The position numbers and the translations under genes were made by a program. A stretch of 64,000 bases of DNA from assembly GCF_964355755.1 (NCBI RefSeq), contig NC_092675.1, positions 26,942,912 to 27,006,911 on the forward strand, in the 5' to 3' direction. This DNA is from Antedon mediterranea (taxonomy: Eukaryota > Animalia > Echinodermata). The notes beneath the pieces are model-generated. The model ran no database searches and had not been told where the DNA came from. It worked only from the letters and a program-made list of their open reading frames with translations. This document shows positions 40,201 through 50,840 of this stretch, piece by piece (the first letter of the stretch is position 1; every line of letters begins with the position of its first letter).

Positions 40201-42886
40201 GTCATTTTAAGCATGTAAAAAATTCCCACGCGCGCACTTTTTTTTACGCGCGCGGTGCGAACGTAGCGTTGAAAACAATTTTACTCTCGTGATTTATGTT
40301 TTCAAGCCTTTTATAGTAATTTTACCAAATTTGAAACAATTTCGACTTCAAATTACGTCATACGGGCACGTCGAATTGAATAATTTATGTGCGTTTTTGA
40401 GGAAAAAGTTCAAAAATTTGTCAAAATTATACCTTTTTTTAAACAATCATAGATTCTAAACTACGAGGTAAACTTTGTTTAAATTACATATCCAGGAAGA
40501 TGATAAGTTGTAGATAAGGAATCATGCATTGATATGGCAAACGGGACATTGTGACGTCATCGTATGGCCACGCGAATATAAAATATAGGATTTTTGTATC
40601 TTTCGTCATAGCGCATCTCATTTAATAGAGCGCCTCTCCACTTATCCGTATTCCATTTTAACCCAGATTTTGAAATTTTCTAGGTCAATCAACTATCTTA
40701 CCCATGAGTAAAAATTTTTTTAATTTTTATGACGTCATCATGTCTAAAAATGTAAATAACGTGGGTCACTTATATTTATCTTTACAGTAAATTTTAATCT
40801 GTTATAGCTCATCAGAATAAAATGTGATAATCACGATTAAAACGTTTTCTGGAAGCTATTGGATTGTAGATACGAATTCATGTAAACATTTTGCCAATCG
40901 GATGTTGTGACATCATCATATGGCCAGTTGAATAAAAAAAGACGTATTTTCATATTTTGCGTAATAGTTCATCACATTTAAAAGGGTGCGCATCTATATT
41001 TTACGTATTCAAATTTCTTCTACACGTTAATATGTTGTTCCTGAGATAATTTCCTTCTGAAATTGCTATCTAAGTGTTTCATTTTGATACCGTCGCCATG
41101 TTAAAAATTGGAATAAATGGCGGGTCCCGTAATTTCACCTATTCTACACTGTATGTAATATGTATACAGATTATACTGTTTGCATGTATATACTATATGA
41201 CACAAAATTGACAGAATTCAGCACTAACAGCATATCATATTCTTCAGTTCTTGTCATAATGCCATAATCTTTATCTGTGTGCAATATTCCAACGTATGAC
41301 GTGCACGTGGCGTTTGTCGTGGTGCGGATAACTAACTCGTCAATGTGACGAGTTTCATGTCTAGTTCTTCTTTCCATCCTTCCTTTTTGTGGATCGCGTT
41401 TCTCTAAAATGTGTAAACATAACATTTCATAACTTTGACAACATATGGGTATTTACGTGAAGTTGTGCACCTCCTATTTTTGAATGATGTCATAGTTGCG
41501 CAACGTAACTTACGCGCAATTTTATGAATTTCAATGATTGATCATAGATTAAAAACTAAAAGTCATTTAGTATTGACACTTTGACAAAATTTAAGTCATA
41601 TCAGGGGCAAACTTTCTACGGATTAAAAATGGCATGTTTCACAAGAAGTTACGCGCGCACGCGCATTTAAAATTTCAAAATGCGCAAAATTAATTTCTAA
41701 TCAACTTTTTATGCGTTTCTTGTCATTTTGAGCATGTCAAAAATTCCCACGGGCGCGCAATTTTTTACGCACGCGGTGCGCACGTAGCGTTAAAAACATA
41801 TTTTTTTCCCTTGAATCATATTTTTCAAGCTTTTCCTAGTAATTTTGAAAACAATTTAGACCTTTTCCAATTTAAATAACGCCATACGAACACGTTGAAT
41901 TAAACATTTCATGCGCGTTTTTTATGAAAAAGCTTAAAAAATCGTCAAAATTATGTCTTTTTTTAAACAGTCATAGTTTCTAAAGTAAACCGTGAACCGT
42001 TTATTTTTATTACAAAATCTAGAAGTTGATGAGTTGTAGATATCGGATCATGCATCGATAAGGCTAAAAAAACATTGTGACGTCATCGTATGGCCACACG
42101 AATGTAAAATATAGGATTTTTGTCTCTTTCGTTATTGCTCATCACATTCAATGGAGCGCATCACGCTTATCTGTATTCCTTTTTCTCCTACATTTATATA
42201 TTGTGTAGGTCAATCAACTTTCTTTAGCATGAGATAAAAATATTTTAATTTTTATGACGTCATCATGCCAAAAAATTTTAATTACGTGGGTCATTAATTT
42301 CATCTTTACAGTAAATTTTAATCTGTAATAGCTCGTAAGAATAAAATGTGATAATCACGATTAAAACGTTTTATGGAAGCTATTGGATTGTAGATACGAA
42401 TTCATGTAAACATTTTGCCAATCGGATGTTGTGACGTCATCATATGGCCAGTTGAATAAAAAAAGTCGTATTTTCATATTTTGCGTAATAGTTCATCACA
42501 TTTAAAAGGGTGCGCATCTATATTTTACGTATTCAAATTTCTTCTACACGTTAATATGTTGTTCCTGAGATAATTTCCTTCTGAAATTGCTATCTAAGTG
42601 TTTCATTTTGATACCGTCGCCATGTTAAAAATTGGAATAAATGGCGGGTCCCGTAATTTCACCTATTCTACACTGCATGTAATATGTATACAGATTATAC
42701 TGTTTGCATGTATACTATATGACACAAAATTGACAGAATTCAGCACTAACAGCATATCATATTCTTCAGTTCTTGTCATAATGCCATAATCTTTACCTGT
42801 GTGCAATATTCCAACGTAAGACGTGCACGTGGCGTTTGTCGTGGTGCGGATAACTAACTCGTCAAAGTGACGAGTTTCATGTCTAG
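34283..42886 (+). mobile_element. nested array of five ~1.5-1.8 kb non-autonomous Helentron/DINE-like elements
   Basis: 5' hairpin heads (a/g)gttatccgc...ggataac at 34283, 34314, 34378, 34445, 34514 and 39771; five bodies each ending gcggataac..aactcgtca(a/a)(a/t)gtgacgagtt..catgtCTAG at 36404, 38228, 39757, 41364 and 42886; bodies 1 and 2 appear identical (period 1824). Confidence 0.82.
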
Positions 42887-43440
42887 TTATTGCTTATTTA
42901 TGTATTATATATTTATGCTACTACTGTGATCTACACACCTTAAATAATTTAATTCTTAATTGTTTTTTGGCTATTTCGGGGGCTACTCTTGTCATACTAG
43001 TTCGCTGTGTTACGGATATTTTATGAGACCTGAGTAGGACCCAGGTGAATTCCACTGAGTGTCGGTAAATTATTAGTACCGAGTAGGCCTACGTGGAATA
43101 TAATATTTTATTGGGGGCGAGATAATTGTCAAGAATTATACCAGCCCAATTGAGCGAATAGCATGAGAGAAAGCCCCCAAGAAATAAACCAAAGTGTATA
43201 TTAATAAAAGTAGTTTAAATTGTATAAGAACAGGCTCTAAAAAGAATAAGGTAGGCCTATTAAACGGCCTAGTACGAGAAAAGACTATTTACATAGTTTT
43301 TAAAAATGATATTACATTTAATTCTTGGTAAACATACTATACCAAGAAGAATAAAAAGAAAACGTAAAATCATAAATATACTGCTCTTGTAAAAAAAAAT
43401 AAAAATATTAGGATACAGGACATTCGATCCCTACGATGAT

Positions 43441-43570
43441 AATCATCTAGACTTGTCCCGGGGTTGAGCCCGACGGGACAAGTGGTTGTGTTAGTTATAG
43501 GTGCTGTTGATCCCTCAAAATTATCCAGGGGATGAGCCCGGCTGGATTTAATCCCGGGGATGAGCCCGGC

Positions 43571-43608
<38 letters not shown>

Positions 43609-43776
43609 AGAGAGAGAGAGATCGTAGCGTAGCTAAACTCATGAAAATCATCTAGACTTGTCCCGGGGGATGAGCACGACGGGACAAGTGGTTGTGTTAG
43701 TTATAGGTGCTGTTGATCTCTCAAAATTATCCAGGGGATGAGCCCGGCTGGATTTAATCCCGGGGATGAGCCCGGC

Positions 43777-43826
<50 letters not shown>

Positions 43827-43987
43827 AGAGAGATCGTAGCGTAGCTAAACTCATGAAAATCATCTAGACTTGTCCCGGGGATGAGCCCGACGGGACAAGT
43901 GGTTGTGTTAGTTATAGGTGCTGTTGATCTCTCAAAATTATCCAGGGGATGAGCCCGGCTGGATTTAATCCCGGGGATGAGCCCGGC

Positions 43988-44042
<55 letters not shown>

Positions 44043-44062
44043 AGACAGATCGTAGCGTAGAC
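43441..44062. repeat. three tandem ~205-212 bp units with long poly-T tracts, inside the YR element
   Basis: aatcatctagacttgtcccgggg at 43441, 43646 and 43858; internal ggggatgagcccg repeats; poly-T length increases from unit to unit. Confidence 0.9.
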
Positions 44063-44168
44063 TAACTCCTTAAATTTTACTTGTAGAATACGTTTAATTT
44101 ATTGGAGATTCCCTAGGATGAAGTCGAGCTTGCGGTAATTGCAAGGCTTGGTAATTTACTGTACAGTA

Positions 44169-45044
44169 TTACAATTTACACATATTTGCTTGAGCGTCTT
44201 TTAAAACCTTCCGATTCGTTCGGATGTATCTAATATAACAGTTAGAGGACCATCTACCCATGGTTTGTACTACATGGTCTTCTACACCTGCTGCAGCAGC
44301 AGATGTTGCAGCCCCTATCCTAAATGAATGACCTGAAAAATTGCGGTTATCTATCCCACTTCTGGTTAAAACTTCCCTTAAAAGCATTAGAAATTGTTCC
44401 CTTGATAACGGATCGTGTGTTGATTCGTTCTCGACGAACAACGGGGCTGAATAGGGTGCACCGTTACACAATCTAAGGGCAATGTATTTAGACATATTAT
44501 GGACGGGATATAAATTTTTGTTCTCAAAGATTGTTATATCGATTCCCAATCTAAAGGGGTCCGTTTTGGATGCCCTCAGATGTAAAACATATAATTGGCA
44601 ATCTGGGCTAAAGGTAATATCGCTAATTCTTAAGTAATCGTTACAGGAAGTCTTTCGTTTACATGTGAACTCACCACATCTTAAAAAACCATAAAACGCT
44701 AACTTGAACACACACTGAATCATAAGGTCCATAAACGGGGAAAACACACCCCGCAAAAGTACGTTACACATTTTTGTTAGTACATCTGCAGTAATCGGTA
44801 AACGTTTTTGTTGATTATTGTTCTGTGATTTTTTAATTCCGCGAAGTATGTATTGTAGTCTCTCTGTTCCCAATGTGATATCTTGATGACCCGCTTTGAT
44901 ATAGTGAAAGCGAATTCCTGCCAGGTAGAGTTTGATTGTATGGAGTTTTAGGTTCAGTACTTTCTGACAGTGAGTTACAAAATAAATGAGGTGTCCCTCA
45001 ACAATTGGCGGAAGTCCTGATTTCGGCAGAATCATACCTGACAT
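44169..45044 (-). CDS. tyrosine recombinase (phage-integrase fold) of a DIRS-order retroelement, probably N-terminally truncated
   Basis: 291-aa ORF with AFYGFLRCGE (catalytic R), SKTDPF (K), GHSFRIGAAT (HxxR) and GRWSSNCYIRY (W/Y), plus the N-terminal TIKLYLAGIRFHYI helix typical of DIRS/Ngaro YRs. Confidence 0.92.
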   Translation of the reverse strand: MSGMILPKSGLPPIVEGHLIYFVTHCQKVLNLKLHTIKLYLAGIRFHYIKAGHQDITLGTERLQYILRGIKKSQNNNQQKRLPITADVLTKMCNVLLRGVFSPFMDLMIQCVFKLAFYGFLRCGEFTCKRKTSCNDYLRISDITFSPDCQLYVLHLRASKTDPFRLGIDITIFENKNLYPVHNMSKYIALRLCNGAPYSAPLFVENESTHDPLSREQFLMLLREVLTRSGIDNRNFSGHSFRIGAATSAAAAGVEDHVVQTMGRWSSNCYIRYIRTNRKVLKDAQANMCKL

Positions 45045-45602
45045 ATAAATATGTCGCCTAGTCTTTTAAGTTTAATTTATTAGTACGGTAACCTTGTGTA
45101 CAATACCAATTCTCCTTAAAAAAGTAGACTTAAAGGAGGCAGTACCAAACCCATCCATCAACTGTCACTTGTTGAGGTCACTATAGTGTAGGTATAATTA
45201 TCTATTGATATTCAATGCCCTTGTAGTGGAGTCCGGGTTACTCCAGATGGTATTGTGTATAAACTATAATTTAGTTTCCCAAATTTGCTGATTAGTTAAT
45301 ATTAGAAACTCAATATTTAAACAACTTAAAGAAGATCTATACAACAATGATTTGCATAAAATATGGGACTTATTCATGTCAAGCTCACATGAACTTAAAT
45401 ATCACCTTTTTTTTGACGACCTAGAAATTGATGAAGAATATCAAATCCAATGTATAAACAATATTAACTATGTATTAGCAAGTAACATATTTGACAAATA
45501 TTGTAAATTATTTTTAACAACTGCATGGAAAGAACGCAACGAAATTTATAATATCCGTCCATAACACAATCTTTTACTTTTCGCTCAAATGTATTGAATG
45601 TA

Positions 45603-45687
45603 TTTTTAGTCGCGTGGAAGCGACTCTATAGTTCACTATGTCGGTCGGTTGGTCGGTCTGTCTGTCTGTCTGTCGGTCTGTCTGTCG

Positions 45688-45722
<35 letters not shown>

Positions 45723-46432
45723 GGTCCGGTATCACTATGCGTTTTATCGCTTTATGACCTTATCTTGATATCAGTTTAATCTAGCTAAGTCAATTTTTCA
45801 CAGAATATTCCTTATGGCCAGGAATCGATGTGGTTATGTTTTCACGGCGCGCAATAAAAAATTACGCGGTCTACGCACGATTTAACGAAATCACGTTTGT
45901 AATCATATCTTAACAACCATGAATCACAATTAAATAAAATTTGGTACTCATAAATTTCAGGGCATAAATCATCATATGGCAATACAATTACGTGCGTAGC
46001 GCATGTAACGCATGCGTACGCGTGCTTAAAATTTTCAAAATTTATTTTCGATGAAATAAGAGTACGTTTCAGGCAATTTTAAGCGTTTACAAAATTGCCA
46101 TGAGTGCGCAGATTTTTGCGCGCGCACTGTGCGTTAAATGTTATTGCGCACTTTTTTTGCCCGATTTCTGTTTTCTTGACTTACTTTTCAACTCGAAATT
46201 ACGTTATACGAGCACGTCAAAAGTGACAGGCTACGCACGTGTAAATTAAAAAAATATAAATGTTTTTAAACATTTCAACATTTTTAAACATGTTCAGTAA
46301 TTTCGGTCAGTATAGTTCACTATGTCGGTCGGTCCGTCTGTCTGTCGGTCTGTCTGTCTGTCGGTCTGTTTGTCTGTCGGTCCGGTATCACTATGCATTG
46401 TAGCACGCGACTTAATGGCTGTTGGCCTTGTT
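45603..46432 (+). mobile_element. DINE/Helentron-like non-autonomous element with (GTCT/GTCG)n
   Basis: tttttagtcgcgtggaagcgact 5' hairpin, microsatellite, 3' cacgcgacttaatggctgttggccttgtt; nearly identical to 57466-58241. Confidence 0.8.
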
Positions 46433-47155
46433 ATAACCTACTGTGTATATACTTTTTAATGTAATAATTTATAATGTTTGTATTTGATTGTGTAGTAAGA
46501 TAAGTCCATATTTATTTTTTTGTTGTTGCACATCTCTTGAGAATTGTGCCTCTGTTATAAAAGAGAAACAATAAAGTTATTAATTAATTAATTAATCAAC
46601 ATTAGCAGCAATAGCAACACCATCAATAATAGCAACAGTATCAACAACAGCAGTGTTTTTGTATTGTGATTTAAATAATGGCATTTTAGGTAGAAAATGT
46701 TTTAATTTAATGTGGAATGATAAATCGCGAATGCATCCACTTCATTGGTGTGTATAAACGATATATTAAAATAAAAGTATTTTTACATTTACGCAGGTAA
46801 ATGTAAAAATAAATGTTAGTAACAATAAATAAACGTTGTTTCAAAAACAGTTATTGTAGCAATAACAACTGATGATTAAGAAAACTGGTACAACCAGATG
46901 ATAAGTTCGAATCAGCACGCTATTTACTGATCAACACCTACACCTGTGTTGGTTGACTTGGTTGTTTAATTATTTTGATAAACATATCTGTATGCATATT
47001 TGCACAATTATTTATATCGTGCATCTAAATTATTTAAATAAATATTTTAACGATAAGGAATGTAAGTTAATAAAGGTGATGTACTGTACTATATGCATTA
47101 GACCTGTTTCTCAGTGTTTGGCGTAAACTAAACCAGTTCGTTAAACAAGCTCGTC

Positions 47156-50100
47156 ATGCATTTTGCTGTGCGTTTGGCATTTGCACTTCTCATTATTGGA
47201 GATCACCTCTGTAATTCTGAAGAACTGCCGAACGAAAAGGTACCGTATCGTTTATTATTATTATTGTTTTGTATGGAATGTAGATTATCTATACAAGGTG
47301 TGTATTTTCATCTATTGAATAAACCAGTACATATATACAGTTGTTTGATAAGTATGATTATTACTATTTTAACCTGTCGTTTTTATAGATAAGTACACTT
47401 AATTCGTCGCATCATGGAGCGAAGTCAAAGCAATCACAAACTAAAGGAACATCGAATTCTGGTAAGATAATGATGGCACAAGTTCAACTGCATCAATTCG
47501 GGAACACGTTGCCACATTATTTTAATGGACATTACATAATATTTTTTAAAATAATAGTAAACAGCGCCATCACACCACTGTATACCTTACAAAGTACCTG
47601 CTAAGGAAACAATTTTGTATGCATCATTTTTATCTAAATCTAGTTGGTGGCGCTCTAAGAGGAATTAAAGCAATGATAATATGACTCTGAATAATAATGT
47701 TTTATAAAATGAAACTTATAGTCAACCTAACAAATCACCAGCATTGGACAAAGAAATGCATATAGTCATTCCAAACGTTAAAGAGGTATCGGTAAAAAGT
47801 ATTCTCCAATTTAAATGATGATTAATCATACTTTGAATGGGCCGGTATGTTAATAAAGTTAATTTCGTAGACAAAATTTGTTTACAAAATAATCGGTTGA
47901 TTTCAATCAAAAACCCATTGGCTAGCAGCAAATTTGTTGGCTTAACTACAGTTAAATAATTTTTTTTTCGATCCAACTTTTGGTCAAAGTGAATAATTGT
48001 GAAAACAAATTTGCAACACAAACATTTACATTTTTTCAACTGGGGACAATCAATGTATCTAATGCAGTGTTAGTAAAATGTTTCGGCCTACTTTTGTTTG
48101 GAATTACTTTTGTTTGGAATTACTATTGTTTCGTATTTTATTTATTTATCTACCATGGTAATAGAGATACAAAATTGTATAGATATCTTGCCTTCTCAGG
48201 AAGAAAAATATAAAAAATATATAATTATTGTAAATTACATACCGTACCAATGTTTAGGTTTGAAAAGCATCATCTGTGGGTTTGAGGTAGACGAATGCGG
48301 CTTTGTAGATGTTACGACCGACTTTATTTCTCTTTGGCGAAGAGTTTGCGATAATGGTACGTCTTGTTCAAAATTAAAAAAAAACTGAGATCAATCAATA
48401 ATTCTTAACCAATCTATTTTAATTGATAATGAATATAAATCCCTCAATTTTCAATTACAATATTGTTTACGTTGTAGGGTGTTCTATGATATCTGATGCA
48501 ACAGCATCGATGAGCGGTAAAACTATGTCCAATCTAGTTTCACCATGGTTCTTCGGAAATAGTGGTGTGTTAAAGATGCAGTACTATATTCCTGATAAGC
48601 AGACAGCAAAGTTCGCAAGTATCAGTGTATATATACGATACGACGAAACAGCCAGTAATAATAACAGGGAGTTGATTTATCTAGCTAGCAGTGAGATGGA
48701 CCGACCATGGGTGCCGATGGCAGCAGAGATGGACCGACCTTGGGTTCCAATGAGTGTGAACGTAAAAATGGACGATTCGACACACTTCAGGGTAAGATGT
48801 TTTCATCTTCCTTCTTTTAGGGATTACCAATCTTTTTTAAAAATCGATAACATTTAAGTTATCAAAAGTATATTGCGTGTAACTTGTAGATTAAAATCAG
48901 CAAAATTATAATCTTTGCTTAGTAAATGTACAGTGCTTTATCTCTGTAAGATAATCACTTTCATCAGATGGCTTAGTTCTCATTACAAAACGAATGTAAA
49001 TATAGTTCTATTTTCTGTATCCATCCAATGTAAACTAAATTTGTATAATAGTCATATTTCTTGACAGAATGCTCTGATGTAGTAATAGCATATCGCTCTG
49101 GGCGGGTATTTCATTCATTCGGAAACCGGATATCCACAGAGATATTATAGTGAACTCTCTATAACTTATCTCACCTAGTGTTTATTGTGATTCATTTTCC
49201 ACTTTTATTGGATCTATATAATAATATTATTAGATACAGTATTATTTGTCAAAGTCCAAAGGCCAGATTATTATGTATTCAACACAGTGCTGCCTTGCGG
49301 TATCACGTAAAACAGAAGTAGCAGTTGCCGCACGCAAATCGCTCGACTTGTTGTAGTATTTCGGCCAAGGCTCTATTTGGTCGTAGCATAGGTAACATTT
49401 CTTGTTAGCTCCACCAGAATAGCGAGAGGGTATGAGCTCAATCGGGTGTGTGTGTTTTTTTCTGTATTTGTTACCGTATTTAGCAGGACTGGGCCTACAC
49501 AAAACGTTATTGCCCGATTTTCATATCTTTAAAGGATGGTTTGATATAAAAACACGTGGTTCAATTGTCATATGCTAGGCGCCTGTGTTGAAGTTAAGTG
49601 TTGGATAAGTGGGTGGGAAGATTTAAACGTTTGTACAACTACTGAACGGCTAATTTAACAATGAAGTGTGCTAGTATGCATCTATAGTAACCAACTAAAA
49701 ACACTCTGAATTTTTATTGTTGCCAATTAGAAATTAGCCTATCCTACAGTTTTGTGACTCCACTATGAGATATAGGCCTACCCGTTGGTATACAGAAATA
49801 TATTGTCATTATCTTAACACTTCTATTTCTCTGAAATCTACCCACATTTATATACCACATCCTATAGGCCTAGATAAAAGAAAGCACTTGCTGTCTATAA
49901 ACTATTATTTATTAAATTATATTTCCTTATACAGTACCAATACTGAAATAAAAGTTCAATACCTGTTCCTACTAAATAAGTGTAAAATATCGCTCAATGT
50001 TCTTAGTTACCAAAATGCTAATATAGTGTCAAATCTACAAATAATGATTTTTTACCCTTTTTTGTTTTGTTTTATATTATTTTAGATTCTTAATTTTTCT

Positions 50101-50337
50101 TTCCAATTTATTTCTAGTTTGAAATTGAAGGTTTGTTAGAAGGTAGTTCCGAAAATATATTCATCGACAATTTTGAATTCAAGCCAAAAGGTATTGTTTG
50201 CATGTTTGATTGTTTTAATTCATACCTCAACTGCAACAATGACGTTTATATGTTATCGAAATAATTTTTCCTGTAAAATAATGTTATTACATTTATAATA
50301 GGCCGTCATGCATTTGTAAATTTATCTTACAGATTAA
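47156..50337 (+). CDS. small secreted single MAM-domain-like protein (~215 aa)
   Basis: Exons 47156-47239, 47389-47461, 48258-48356, 48478-48791, 50118-50190, 50333-50337 (TAA), phases consistent; AATAAA at ~50394. Signal peptide, then MAM-like motifs CGFEVDECGF...LWRR...NLVSPW...LKMQYY...SISVY...PW...V...FR|FEIEG...NIFIDNFEF. Confidence 0.78.
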
Positions 50338-50678
50338 TGGCAAAGACAAGATAGTACTGGTGTGGTATAACGTAATTCCTTTTATATAATTCAAATAAAC
50401 ATTATTTCGATTGCTTAGTGTTTTGATTGATACGTTTGATTAATAATACAATAAAGTAACTTTATCAAAATAAAACAACCTGGCTTGTTTCCAGTTAGGC
50501 TTGAGGACTCAGAATCAGTGTGTAACGGCTATGAGCGCTCACTGGCTAAACCCAGGGGCCCCTGAGCTTATGTTGTCCCTCTGAGCAGTATCCAGACGAA
50601 AAACAGGGATTAGCATATGTCGGAAAAGGCTTAAAACACCCGAGGTCTCCAGAGTTGGAGGGCCACTTAGGGTTTCTA

Positions 50679-50840
50679 AAGCGTGGTTCACACTAGCGAC
50701 GCAACGCAAGGACGTAACGCAACGCAAGTGAATTGACCAATCACAAGCGATGGCTTATTCGCTTGTGATTGCTAACTGTCTTTAACTTCGCTTGTCATTG
50801 GTTAAAACGCTTGCGTTACGTTCTAGTGGGAACCAAGCTT
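50679..50840. mobile_element. MITE, same family as 32137-32317 (opposite orientation)
   Basis: aagcgtggttcacactag...ctagtgggaaccaagctt. Confidence 0.8.

Larger units (their letters stand above)
33375..45289 (-). mobile_element. internally deleted tyrosine-recombinase retrotransposon (Ngaro/PAT type) with split direct repeats A1-ORF-B1-A2-B2
   Basis: On the - strand: A1 45289-45044, YR ORF 45044-44169, B1 43157-42887 plus 34283-34170 (split by an insertion), A2 34169-33924 (matches A1), B2 33756-33375 (matches B1). This order is the known split-repeat layout of PAT/Ngaro elements. Confidence 0.8.

Noticed and set aside
38116-42789. Short ORFs within the large repeats (38116, 38589, 39675, 41171, 42598)
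   Set aside because: Not conserved in frame between repeat units; no Rep or helicase motifs.
43370-43863. Two poly-Lys ORFs
   Set aside because: Poly-T tracts of the tandem repeat read on the - strand.
44169-45044. Prophage integrase or bacterial contamination
   Set aside because: Motifs and flanking split direct repeats fit a eukaryotic DIRS-order element; no phage genes nearby and the flanks are spliced genes.
45352-45564. ORF ending FLTTAWKERN, possibly a LINE ORF2 tail
   Set aside because: Too short and without diagnostic motifs to call.
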